Of a DNA stretch of 64,000 nucleotides, positions 9,218 to 18,965 are shown piece by piece. The notes beneath the pieces are model-generated. The model ran no database searches, was not told the DNA's origin, and saw only the letters and a list, made by a program, of their open reading frames with translations. Position numbers and translations under genes: made by a program. Within the stretch, counting starts at the first letter, position 1. Each line of letters opens with the position of its first letter. The stretch is from Candidatus Multivorans sp. (GTDB lineage: Bacteria > Acidobacteriota > Thermoanaerobaculia > Multivoradales > Multivoraceae), in contig OZ245033.1 in NCBI GenBank assembly GCA_965224025.1, positions 1,408,001 to 1,472,000 on the forward strand, in the 5' to 3' direction.

Positions 9218-9398
9218 TCAGAACGCCAGGCGAAAGGCGGCCGCCACGGCGGACCGCACCACCTTGCCCGAGATTCGCGGAGCCATACGGCTGACCGCCT
9301 GCTGCACGATCCCGCCATCCGCTTGCCGCTCGGCGGTTCCGGAATTCCGGCTGCCTTCACGTCCAACGAGGACGATGTGGGCCCTTGCGCAAGTGCAC
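9218..9398 (-). CDS. Putative small peptide ARAHIVLVG...VVRSAVAAAFRLAF (start unresolved, possible frameshift)
   Basis: Frame 9388-9218 gives 56 aa plus TGA; no in-frame ATG/GTG/TTG precedes the motif; an SD-preceded GTG at 9398 is one base out of frame. Confidence 0.55.
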
Positions 9399-9459
9399 GG
9401 CGGTGCGTCTCCCGCAGCGCCAACGAAGCCGGAATCGACTGGACTACAATGCTCGCTCC

Positions 9460-9752
9460 ATGATCCGGTCGTTCGTCGATCGAGCCACCGAGGACATCTT
9501 CGACGGCGCGGCGACGCGAGCGGCTCGGAGAGGGTGTCCTCCTGCCGTTTGGCGTGTTGCCCGAAGGAAGCTCACGCAGCTCAACCAAGTGGACGAACTC
9601 CGCTATTTGGCTGTGCCGCCGGCAACCGCCTGGAGCGGCCGCGAGGAGATCGAGCCGGTCAGTACAGCATCCGAATCAACGACCACTATCGAGCCTGTCT
9701 TGTCTGGGAGGGAGGCTATGCCGACGACGTCGAAATCGCCGACTACCACTGA
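9460..9752 (+). pseudogene. higB: HigB/RelE-family toxin, frameshifted
   Basis: MIRSFVDRATEDIFDG...ARRKL...LAVPP in one frame and GNRLE...GQYSIRINDHYR...VEIADYH in another; one base missing near 9620. Confidence 0.85.
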
Positions 9753-9798
9753 GGCGGCTGCGGGCAGCCGCGGTGGAGGAACTCTGTCCGCACGCCGG

Positions 9799-10107
9799 TT
9801 GCCACGGTGTCAACCCCCGGCGCACCCGGGAGAGATGCTGCTCGAGGAGTTCCTGAAGCCGTTGGGCATCTCGCAGTCGGCATTTGCCCGGAGGCTGGGT
9901 GTCTCCTATCCGCGCCTTCGTGGGATCGTCCATGCCAAGGGCACCGTGACTGCAGATACGGCGTTGCGGTTGGCCCGAGTTACCGGGATGACCGCCGAAT
10001 TCTGGCTCGGCCTGCAGCAGGACTGGGATCTCTGGCACGCTGCACGGTCCAGGAACGCGGCAGCCATCGAGGCACTGGAGCCGCTGCGTACCTCGGCTAC
10101 TTCGTAG
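9799..10107 (+). CDS. higA: HigA-family antitoxin (Xre HTH)
   Basis: PAHPGEMLLEEFLKPLGISQ, TADTALRLAR and EFWLGLQQDWDL motifs; start uncertain. Confidence 0.9.
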   Translation: MPRCQPPAHPGEMLLEEFLKPLGISQSAFARRLGVSYPRLRGIVHAKGTVTADTALRLARVTGMTAEFWLGLQQDWDLWHAARSRNAAAIEALEPLRTSATS

Positions 10108-10199
10108 CCGCCGCGTTCCCGCCGGCGTCCGGCGAGGGTGCGCCGGGAGGGGCGAGGTACGCGGGCTAGACTGGCAGGCATCGCCGAACGGGCGAGTGC

Positions 10200-11812
10200 A
10201 TGCCGATGGCCGAGCGCTTCTTCAACACCTCCGGGCCGGTGGTTCCGGCCAAGCACTACAGCATCCCGCCGCTTGAACGGTTCGACCTCGCCGAGGTCCT
10301 GCGCCTGATCGGGGACGAGCGGTACTTCGTGCTGCACGCGCCGCGCCAGACGGGGAAGACGTCAGCGCTGCTGGCGCTTCGCGACCTGCTGAACGAGGGG
10401 AACGAGTACCGCTGCGTCTACGCCAACATCGAGACCGCACAGACGGCGCGCGGCGATGTCGGCGCGGGGATTCGGACCGTGTTGGCGGAGATCTCGGAGC
10501 AGGCGCTTGTCGCTCCGGGCGACGACTTTCTGGATGGGATGTGGGAACGGGCGCTTGCTCGGGCGGGTCCGCACGGCGCCCTGCGGCTCGCGTTGGGCCG
10601 TTGGTCGCAGAACGATGTCAGGCCGCTGGTCCTGTTCCTGGACGAGATCGACGCGCTGGTGGGCGACACGCTGATCTCGGTGCTGCGCCAGTTGCGGGCG
10701 GGGTACGCCAACCGTCCGGCGGCCTTTCCCCAGACCGTGATCCTGTGCGGGATCCGCGACGTGCGTGACTACCGCATCCACTCGGAGTCGGGGGACGAGA
10801 TCATCGCCGGCGGCAGTGCGTTCAACATCAAGGCGGAGTCGCTGCGGCTGGGCGACTTCGACGAGGGCGACGTGTGCGCGTTGCTTGGCCAGCACACCGG
10901 GGAGACGGGGCAGCCGTTTACCGAAGCGGCGCTCGCCACGGTATGGAACCAGACGGAAGGTCAGCCGTGGCTGGTAAACGCGCTGGGCTACCAGGCCTGC
11001 TTCAAGGCCAAGCCTGCTCGGGACCGCTCGCGGCCGATCGACGAGAAGCGGTCATGGAGGCCAGGGAGGAGTTGATCCTGGGCCGCCAGACGCATCTTCA
11101 CCAGTTGGCGGACAAGCTGCGCGAGGAGCGGGTGCGGCGGGTGGTGGAACCCGTCCTGAGCGGCGGCGCGGCCGGCCGAGCCAGGCCCGACGACGTGGAG
11201 TACGTGCGCGACCTTGGACTCCTGGCGCCGGGTGGCACGGCGCGGATAGCCAACCCGATCTACCGGGAGGTGATCCCGCGGGAACTCAACTACGCCCGGG
11301 AGGCCATGATCGTCCAGGAGACCGAATGGTACGTGAAGCCGGACGGCGACCTCGACGTGGAGGGTCTGCTGGCGGCCTTCCAGCGGTTCTTCCGGGAGCA
11401 TTCGGAGCACTGGCTCGAGCGGTTCCAGTACAAGGAAGCGGGTCCGCAGTTGCTGCTGCAGGCGTTCCTTCAGCGGATCGTGAACGGCGGCCGCCGGATC
11501 GAGCGCGAGTACGCGCTGGGCAGCCGCCGCACGGATCTGCTGATCGTGTGGCCGCCCGGCCGCTTCGGCGGCGCGAGCGAGCCGGCCGAGCCCGCGCGCC
11601 GCTACGTCGTGGAGTGCAAGATCCTGCGGGGGAGCCTGGAGGCCACGATCCGCGAGGGGCTGAAACAGACCCTGGCCTACATGGACAAGTGCCGGGGCGA
11701 GTCGGGGCATCTGGTGATCTTCGACCGGGACGGGTCGAAGCCGTGGGAGGAGAAGATCTTCCGGCGCGAGGAGTCGCTGGACGGCCGGGCCGTGACCGTG
11801 TGGGGTGCCTGA
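10200..11812 (+). pseudogene. AAA-like ATPase fused to C-terminal PD-(D/E)xK nuclease, frameshifted near 11046
   Basis: Walker A APRQTGKT and Walker B LFLDEID in 10200..11075; EREY...RTDL...VVECK in 10874..11812; one added base joins the two frames. Confidence 0.8.
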
Positions 11813-11904
11813 AGGCGACGGCCGCGGCCAGCCCTGAGGCATGACGCCCTGGCGGGCCAGTGGGGCGGGCCTTCGTCCGGGTCGTCGCGACCTGCCTCCC
11901 GCAC

Positions 11905-13773
11905 CTACACGTCCAGGCCGACCTGGCGCATCAGGTCGAGTGCATTGCTGCGCGTTACGGTGCCCTCGCGTAGGCGGTAGTCGAAGCGGATCTCGCCGTC
12001 TTCCAGTTGATCCCTGAAGTGGACGTTTTGCAGGGACGCTTCCCCCGAATCGTCGGCGATCTGGGCCAGGGCCAGATCGTGGGTGGTGACAAGTCCGATC
12101 GCACCGCGGTCGAGGAGGCCCCGGATCAGGCCTTCGGCGCCGACTCGGCGGTCGTGGGAGTTCGTGCCGTGGAGAATCTCATCGAGCAGGAACAGCGCCG
12201 GCGTCGCCTGGTCGGTCAGGTCGAGCACGGACTTGAGCTTCGTGATCTCGGCGTAGAACCTGGATTGGCCTTCGGCAAGAGAGTCCCGGAGCTGGATGGA
12301 ACAGCCGATGGCCAGCGGCGTCAGCCGGAGCGACCGAGCGCGCACCGGCGCGCCGGCTTGGGCGAGGACGACGTTCGTTCCGACCGTCCTCAGCAGAGTG
12401 CTCTTGCCGGACATGTTCGAGCCGCTCACGATCAGGCATAGGGCCGGCGATGGCGGTTCGATGGGGGCCGTCGTTTCCCTGGCGGCTGCGGTTGTGACGT
12501 CCGCCTGGACTCCCAGAACGACGTCGTTCGCTACGCAGTCCTCCGCGGGCAGCAGGGGGTGCCCGAGCGCTCTGCCTTCGAGCAGTGGGCGTTTCTTCCC
12601 GGACGGCTCCAGCAGTGTGGGGAAGGTGTGGTCCGGATGCTCGAACGCGTGGGAGGCGAGACTGGCAAGGGCTTCGACCTCGGCCAGCGCGCTGAGCCAG
12701 GCGGCAACCCGGTCGCCGTGGCGACGGCGCCAGGAGTCGATCGCGTAGGTGAGTTGAGGAGTCCAGAGCAGCAGCAGGCCGAATGGGACGAAGAGAGCGT
12801 TGCGCATCGAGTCGAGGAGGTCGACCAGGCGTTGCAACTGCCTTGCGTGTTGGGAGGCCGGGGTTCCATCGACGCTTCGCAGCCGCTGCGCCAGCTCGAT
12901 CAGACCGTTGCTCTCGAACGGCTCGCGCTCGATGACCTCCAGCAGAGATGCAACCAGGTTGAGGTCTCGGCTTGCCCGCGTCACGCCGGCCGTGGCCGCC
13001 TTGAAGTGGCGGCGCCTGCCGAGGCTCAGGAGGATCTGCAGCATCGCCAGGGCAAGGAGGGGTGACGGCCCCCAGCTCCAGATCATCCAGCCGGTCACGG
13101 CGAGAACGTTGGCGCCCGCGGTCAAACCCAGCAGGGAGCGCGCCAGGAACTCCCGGCCGCCGGCGCCGGGGAGTGCGGGCCGCCCGTCACCCTCCGCCCA
13201 AGCGCGCAGCGCCTCCGGATCGAGGTCGGTGCGCGCGATTCGACCAGAGGCGGCGAGACGCTCGCGCAGGTCGAGGCGGGGCGCCAATTCGCATACGGCC
13301 TCCTGCCGCCTACGCACGACCTCGGGTGACGCGGGCCGAAGCAACCACGACGCCAGGAGTTCGTCGCCGCCGCGGGTGCGCGCCCGGCTCAACATCTGGA
13401 ACAGGGAGTCGGGGCCGAACAGGTCGAGGTCCGCGGCGTATACGTGGTCGGCGTGTTCGTCGGCAAAGCGCGATCCGGGGCGGCCGCCGGCGCGCCAGTC
13501 GCCGTCGAGGCGGTCGAGAATCTGTCGGTAGAAGGCTTGCGCCAGCGCCAGCCGGTGAGCCCGCTGCAGGACGCGTTCGTGGAGGACGATGAGGACGAGA
13601 AAGAGGGACGCCGGCGCTGCCGCCCAGGCCAAGGAGAAGAGCTGTGCCTGGACCGCCAGCCAGACGAGCACGGCCGACAGAAGAACCGTGGCAAGCCGCG
13701 ACCAGGAGACGGTCTTCTCGATGCGCCGCGTTCGCTCCAGGGTCGCCGCGCGCCGCTCGGAGCGGCGTTCCAT
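11905..13773 (-). CDS. Membrane-anchored MutS-related ATPase (domain V only)
   Basis: GSNMSGKST, SRFYAE, LLDEILHGTN and TTHD motifs; several N-terminal TM helices; no mismatch-binding domain; start 13773 or 13842. Confidence 0.85.
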   Translation of the reverse strand: MERRSERRAATLERTRRIEKTVSWSRLATVLLSAVLVWLAVQAQLFSLAWAAAPASLFLVLIVLHERVLQRAHRLALAQAFYRQILDRLDGDWRAGGRPGSRFADEHADHVYAADLDLFGPDSLFQMLSRARTRGGDELLASWLLRPASPEVVRRRQEAVCELAPRLDLRERLAASGRIARTDLDPEALRAWAEGDGRPALPGAGGREFLARSLLGLTAGANVLAVTGWMIWSWGPSPLLALAMLQILLSLGRRRHFKAATAGVTRASRDLNLVASLLEVIEREPFESNGLIELAQRLRSVDGTPASQHARQLQRLVDLLDSMRNALFVPFGLLLLWTPQLTYAIDSWRRRHGDRVAAWLSALAEVEALASLASHAFEHPDHTFPTLLEPSGKKRPLLEGRALGHPLLPAEDCVANDVVLGVQADVTTAAARETTAPIEPPSPALCLIVSGSNMSGKSTLLRTVGTNVVLAQAGAPVRARSLRLTPLAIGCSIQLRDSLAEGQSRFYAEITKLKSVLDLTDQATPALFLLDEILHGTNSHDRRVGAEGLIRGLLDRGAIGLVTTHDLALAQIADDSGEASLQNVHFRDQLEDGEIRFDYRLREGTVTRSNALDLMRQVGLDV

Positions 13774-13840
13774 CCGTGCGCCCGCGGACGAGCGCACGGA
13801 CTGGTTCGCGCCATCCGCGTTCCCAGGCCCGGAGTGGTTC
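13770..13840 (-). repeat. Partial copies of the REP-like element (copy B)
   Basis: CCATCCGTGCGCCCG...GCGCACGGACTGGTTCGCG matches the reverse complement of about 47408-47448; a second fragment GCCCGGAGTGGTTC follows. Confidence 0.75.
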
Positions 13841-14082
13841 ATCGTCGGGCGGGTGGACGGTTCAGGTCAGTGCCGGGTAGACGATCGATCTGAGTTGGCC
13901 GCGGAAGTTGAAGGTGCCCGACATCCAATACGGGACGGGCCGGCATGATGGGGATCCTCGCGTTCTGGTGGTTGGTGGAGGGTGGACGGCGCGGCGATCT
14001 TTGCAGATCGCGTCGCAGGGAAAGCTCCTCGGGCGATCGGGTTTCCCCCTTCCTGTGGCGGCCCGCATACAATCGCGCAGCC

Positions 14083-14898
14083 GTGGCCGAACCCTTAGTG
14101 TCCTCGCCGGCTGCCTCGACCTGTCTTGAGATCAGCGGGCTCACTCTCTCCTTCGGCGGTGTGCACGCCCTCAACGATGTCGCGCTGGACGTCCGCCACG
14201 GCGAGGTGTTCGCGATCATCGGTCCGAACGGCGCCGGCAAGACGTCGCTGCTCAACTCGGTCAGCGGTCTCTACCGTCCGCAGCAGGGATCGATCGCCTA
14301 CTCCGCGGCGCCGGGTGAGGCGCCCGTGTCCCTGCTCGGCCGGGCGCCCCACAGGGTAGCGCAGCTCGGGGTCGCCCGCTCCTTCCAGAACATCGAGCTC
14401 TTCCGCGCCATGACGGTGCTTGAGAACCTGATGCTGGGGCGGCACATCCACATGCGCGGCAACGTCCTGACCTGCGGCATCTACTTTGGCCTACAGCGCC
14501 GGGAGGAGATCGAGCACCGCGCCGTGGTTGAGGAAGTGATCGACTTCCTGGAGATCGAGAACCTTCGTCATCAGGCGGTGGGCACGCTCGCCTACGGCCT
14601 GCAGAAAAGGGTCGAACTCGCCCGGGCGCTGGCGCTCGACCCCAAACTCCTGCTGCTGGATGAACCAATGGCGGGGATGAACATCGAAGAGAAGGAGGAC
14701 ATGGCGCGCTTCATCCTCGACGTGAACGAGGAACGGGGCGTGACGACCGTGCTTATCGAGCACGACATGGGAGTGGTCATGGACCTCTCCGACCGGGTCG
14801 CCGTGCTCGACTTCGGCCGCTCGATCGCTTGCGGCACGCCGGACCACGTGCGTGCCGATCCGGAAGTCATCCGCGCGTATCTGGGGGGTTCCGAGTGA
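14083..14898 (+). CDS. Liv-type ABC transporter ATP-binding subunit (LivG-like)
   Basis: GPNGAGKT, LLLLDEP, IEHDM and AYLG motifs. Confidence 0.93.
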   Translation: MAEPLVSSPAASTCLEISGLTLSFGGVHALNDVALDVRHGEVFAIIGPNGAGKTSLLNSVSGLYRPQQGSIAYSAAPGEAPVSLLGRAPHRVAQLGVARSFQNIELFRAMTVLENLMLGRHIHMRGNVLTCGIYFGLQRREEIEHRAVVEEVIDFLEIENLRHQAVGTLAYGLQKRVELARALALDPKLLLLDEPMAGMNIEEKEDMARFILDVNEERGVTTVLIEHDMGVVMDLSDRVAVLDFGRSIACGTPDHVRADPEVIRAYLGGSE

Positions 14899-16883
14899 GC
14901 TTCTCGGATGCATTGCCGCGAGACGCGGACACGCTGCCGAAGCTGCTGCTCAAGAACGCCCGGGAGCGGGCCGGCGAGGTCGCCCTGCGCGAGAAGGAGT
15001 TCGGCATCTGGCAGAGCTGCACCTGGGCCGAGTACGCGGAACGGGTGCAGAACTTCGCGCGCGGTCTCGTGGAGCTTGGCCTGGAGAAGGGCGAGATCAT
15101 CGCCGTCGTGGGCGACAACAGGCCCGAGTGGTTGATCGCGCAACTTGCTGCGCAGTCGATCGGCGCCAGGTCGCTGGGTGTCTACCAGGATTCCGTGGCG
15201 GTCGAAGTCCAGTACCTCATGGAGTTCTCCGGCGCACGCTTCGTCGTCGCCGAGGACCAGGAGCAGGTGGACAAGCTACTGGAAGTCTGGGACCAGTTGA
15301 GCGGCAGCGACGGGAGTGGCGACCACGCGGTAGTCAACGTCATCTACTACGACCCGCGCGGACTCGGTTCCTACCCGCAAGACTTCCTGCTCGGCTTCCC
15401 CGAGGTGGAGGAGCTCGGACGGTCGGGCGCGAGCAGTACCGAAGCCGACTTCGAGAGGTGGGTCGCGGCGACTGAAGCCGACGACGTGGCTCTGCTCTCG
15501 ACGACTTCCGGCACCACGGGCAAGCCGAAGCTGGCGATGCTGTCCCATCGGAATCTCCTGACCATGGCCCACAGCTTCAACGGCATCGACCCGATGCAGA
15601 GCGACGACGAGTTCGTGTCCTTCCTGCCCCTGGCCTGGATCGGCGAACAGATGATCGGCGCCGCCTGCGGGCTGCTGGTCGGTTTTGCCCTGAACTTCCC
15701 GGAGGAGCCGGAAACGGTGCAGCAGGACATTCGCGAGATCGGCCCGCACACGATGTTCTCGCCGCCGCGCATCTGGGAGAACATGGTCTCCGACGTCCAG
15801 GTCCGGATCGAAGATTCGTCGTGGCTCAAGCGGAAGGTCTACGGCTGGGCGCTCAGCGTCGGCTACCGGTCCGCCGACTGTCTGCTCGAACATGGAAGCC
15901 AGCCGGCGTTCCTGGCCCTTGGGCGGCGGATTGCGAACACCGTTTGCTTCTTCTGGCTGAGGGACAAGCTGGGAGTACGGCGGATCCGTCGCGCCTACAC
16001 GGGCGGCGCGGCACTGGGACCCGACATCTTTCGTTTCTTCCATGCCATCGGCGTGAACCTGAAGCAGATCTACGGTCAGACGGAGGTCTCAGGCATCTCG
16101 GTCGCGCACCGGGACGACGACATCAAGTTTCATACGGTGGGCACGCCGGTCCCCGGTATGGAGGTTCGTCTCGGCGAGGGCGGCGAGATTCTGACCAGAA
16201 GCCCGTCCGTGTTCCTCGGCTACTACAACAACGAAGAGGCCACCGAGGAGGCGCTCCGCGACGGCTGGCTCTACTCCGGTGACGCCGGCTACATGGACGA
16301 CGACGGGCATCTGATCGTCATCGACCGCAAGAAGGACGTGATGGAACTGCACGACGGGACGCAGTTCTCGCCCCAGTTCATCGAGAACAAGCTGAAGTTC
16401 AGCCCCTACATCAAGGAGGCGGTGGTGTTCGGCGGCGGCGACTACGCGTTCGTGACCTCCATGATCGTGATCGACTTCGCCAACGCGGGCAAGTGGGCCG
16501 AGCGCCGTCAGATCCCGTACACGACCTTCACCGACCTGGCGCAGAAGTCCGAGATCTACGCACTCGCGCTGGAGCACACGGCGAGCATCAACGCCGATCT
16601 GCCCGAGTCGGCCCGCATTCAGAGAATCCTGCTGTTGCACAAGGAGCTCGACGCGGACGACGAGGAGCTGACCCGCACCCGCAAGGTGCGGCGGCGCTTC
16701 ATCGCCGACCGCTACCGCCTGCTCGTCGACGCGCTCTACGGCGAGGGCGAGGCGGTCGAGATCGAGAACCAGATCACCTATCAGGACGGCGCCACGGCCG
16801 TTCTGCAGACCCGGCTGCGGATCGCGGTTCCTCCCGAACCGCTCCGGCATGTACATCGGCGACACCGCGGACCTCTAGTCTGA
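14895..16883 (+). CDS. Long-chain acyl-CoA synthetase
   Basis: TSGTTGKPK, YGQTE, SGDAG...IDRKKD and ELTRTRKVRR motifs; GTGA overlap with the upstream gene. Confidence 0.92.
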   Translation: MSFSDALPRDADTLPKLLLKNARERAGEVALREKEFGIWQSCTWAEYAERVQNFARGLVELGLEKGEIIAVVGDNRPEWLIAQLAAQSIGARSLGVYQDSVAVEVQYLMEFSGARFVVAEDQEQVDKLLEVWDQLSGSDGSGDHAVVNVIYYDPRGLGSYPQDFLLGFPEVEELGRSGASSTEADFERWVAATEADDVALLSTTSGTTGKPKLAMLSHRNLLTMAHSFNGIDPMQSDDEFVSFLPLAWIGEQMIGAACGLLVGFALNFPEEPETVQQDIREIGPHTMFSPPRIWENMVSDVQVRIEDSSWLKRKVYGWALSVGYRSADCLLEHGSQPAFLALGRRIANTVCFFWLRDKLGVRRIRRAYTGGAALGPDIFRFFHAIGVNLKQIYGQTEVSGISVAHRDDDIKFHTVGTPVPGMEVRLGEGGEILTRSPSVFLGYYNNEEATEEALRDGWLYSGDAGYMDDDGHLIVIDRKKDVMELHDGTQFSPQFIENKLKFSPYIKEAVVFGGGDYAFVTSMIVIDFANAGKWAERRQIPYTTFTDLAQKSEIYALALEHTASINADLPESARIQRILLLHKELDADDEELTRTRKVRRRFIADRYRLLVDALYGEGEAVEIENQITYQDGATAVLQTRLRIAVPPEPLRHVHRRHRGPLV

Positions 16884-16901
16884 GTCGCGAGGATCCCGGC
16901 G

Positions 16902-17780
16902 ATGCAAGGCGACGTCTTCCTTCAGCTCACGGTCTCCGGCCTCTCGAACGGCATGGTCTACGCCCTGGTCGCGGTCGGCTTCGTCGTCATCTTCAAGGCG
17001 AGCGCAGTGATCAACTTCGCGCAGGGCGAGTTCCTCCTCTTCGGCGCCTACCTCGCGTTCGCCTTCATCGGCCAGTTCGGGCTGCCCTGGAGCGTGGGTG
17101 TTCTGGCGACCCTGCTCTCGGCAGCCCTGATCGGCCTGATCGTGGAGCGGCTCGTCCTGCGGCCGCTGATCGGCGAGCCGGTGATCTCGATGATCATGGT
17201 CACGATCGGTCTGTCCAGCCTGCTGCGCGCCGTGGTCAACGGCATCTGGGGAGCGCGGCCCAAGGCCTTTCCGAACTTCATCCCCGAGGGCGAGGTCGAG
17301 TTCATGGGCGCGGTGGTCGGTATCGACCGGTTGCTCGTCATCGCGATAGCCGGAATCCTGCTGACGGTTCTGACCCTCTTCTTCCGTCACACCCGGGACG
17401 GCATCGCGATGCGAGCGATCGCCGACGACCAGCAGGCGGCGCTTTCGATGGGCATCAGCATCAAGCGGGTGCTGGCGGTGGCCTGGGCGATGGCGGCGAT
17501 CACCGCGGCGGTCGCCGGCATCGTGCTGGCGAACACGGTCGGCGTCAGCCACGACATCATCTTTATCGGCCTGCGCGTGTTCCCGGTGGTCATCCTCGGC
17601 GGCCTGGACTCGGTGCCCGGCGCGATCGTCGGCGGCGGCGTGATCGGGTTGCTCGAGTCGTACACCGCCGGGTACACGACCTCCGGGTTGGAACTCATCG
17701 TGCCGTACATCGTGCTGATCCTGGTCCTGATGATCCGCCCCTACGGCCTGTTCGGCAAGGAGATCATCGAGAGGGTCTAG
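16902..17780 (+). CDS. Liv-type ABC permease (LivH-like)
   Basis: INFAQGE, GIAMRAIADD and RPYGLFG motifs. Confidence 0.93.
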   Translation: MQGDVFLQLTVSGLSNGMVYALVAVGFVVIFKASAVINFAQGEFLLFGAYLAFAFIGQFGLPWSVGVLATLLSAALIGLIVERLVLRPLIGEPVISMIMVTIGLSSLLRAVVNGIWGARPKAFPNFIPEGEVEFMGAVVGIDRLLVIAIAGILLTVLTLFFRHTRDGIAMRAIADDQQAALSMGISIKRVLAVAWAMAAITAAVAGIVLANTVGVSHDIIFIGLRVFPVVILGGLDSVPGAIVGGGVIGLLESYTAGYTTSGLELIVPYIVLILVLMIRPYGLFGKEIIERV

Positions 17781-17832
17781 CGCGGCGCCGAACAGCTACG
17801 CGTCCCGCACCGGGCGACCTCCTTCAGCCATC

Positions 17833-18876
17833 ATGGAATCAGGAATCTTCTTCAGCGACTACCGCTCGGACATGTCTCTGCGGCGCATGCCATTGCAGAA
17901 GGTGCGCACGGGTCTGCTCCTGGCCGGACTCCTCGTGTTTCCGTTCCTGGCTTCGCCGTACTGGCAGAATCTGGCCAATCAGATCGCGATCGCCACGATC
18001 GGCGCGATCGGTCTGAACATCCTGGTTGGTTACACGGGCCAGATCTCCCTCGGCCAGGGCGCCTTCATGGCGATCGGCGCCTACGGCGCGGGCCTTCTCA
18101 CCGTCCGGTTCGGTGTTCCCTTCTACATCAGCATTCCCGTTGCCGCCCTGATCACCGCGGTTGCCGGCCTTGTGGTCGGCCTGCCCTCGCTGCGGCTCAA
18201 GGGGCTCTACCTGGCGGTGGCTACGCTTGCCGCCCAGCAGATCGTCGAGTTCGTGGTCACGCATTGGACCGGACTGACCGGGGGCACGGAGGCTCTGGTC
18301 GTGCCGGCGCCCGAACTGTTCGGCGCTCGCCTGAACACCGACGGGCGCTTCTACTGGATTCTGGTCGTCATTGCTCTGGGGGTCGCGCTCTTCGCCGCGA
18401 ATCTGTTCCGCTCGCGCGTGGGCCGCGCCTGGGTGGCGATCCGGGACCAGGACATGGCGGCTTCGGCGATCGGCGTCAACGTCTTCGGCTACAAGCTGCT
18501 CGCCTTCGCTACTTCGTCCTTCCTGGTCGGGCTCTCCGGCGCCCTGCTCGCCCACTACCGCTCGATCGTCACCTGGGAGCGGTTCACGATCGAGATCTCC
18601 ATTTCCTACCTCGCGATGATCATCATCGGCGGGCTGGGGACGATCTCCGGTTCTTTCTTCGGCGCCACGCTGATCGTCCTGCTCCCGGCGATGATCAACA
18701 CCGTGGGCCGTTCGCTGCAAGACACGGCACCCTGGGCGGCCACGGTCCTGCCGTATGTCCAGCAGGGCGTCTTCGGCCTCGTGATCATCCTCTTCCTGGT
18801 GCTCGAACCGGAGGGCCTCGCCAAGCTCTGGCGCAACGTGAAGGACTACTTCCGTGTCTGGCCCTTCTCCTACTAG
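17833..18876 (+). CDS. Liv-type ABC permease (LivM-like)
   Basis: GYTGQISLG, RLKGLYLAVATL and EPEGL motifs. Confidence 0.93.
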   Translation: MESGIFFSDYRSDMSLRRMPLQKVRTGLLLAGLLVFPFLASPYWQNLANQIAIATIGAIGLNILVGYTGQISLGQGAFMAIGAYGAGLLTVRFGVPFYISIPVAALITAVAGLVVGLPSLRLKGLYLAVATLAAQQIVEFVVTHWTGLTGGTEALVVPAPELFGARLNTDGRFYWILVVIALGVALFAANLFRSRVGRAWVAIRDQDMAASAIGVNVFGYKLLAFATSSFLVGLSGALLAHYRSIVTWERFTIEISISYLAMIIIGGLGTISGSFFGATLIVLLPAMINTVGRSLQDTAPWAATVLPYVQQGVFGLVIILFLVLEPEGLAKLWRNVKDYFRVWPFSY

Positions 18877-18965
18877 CCACCGCGCCACATCGTGGGCGAT
18901 ATGATCCGCCGGTTACTCGGACGCCAGACTTGGGGTGCGCGGCACCCCTTGAGGAGACTTTCGCC

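Noticed and set aside
11905-13842. Canonical mismatch-repair mutS
   Set aside because: Lacks the mismatch-recognition domains and has TM helices
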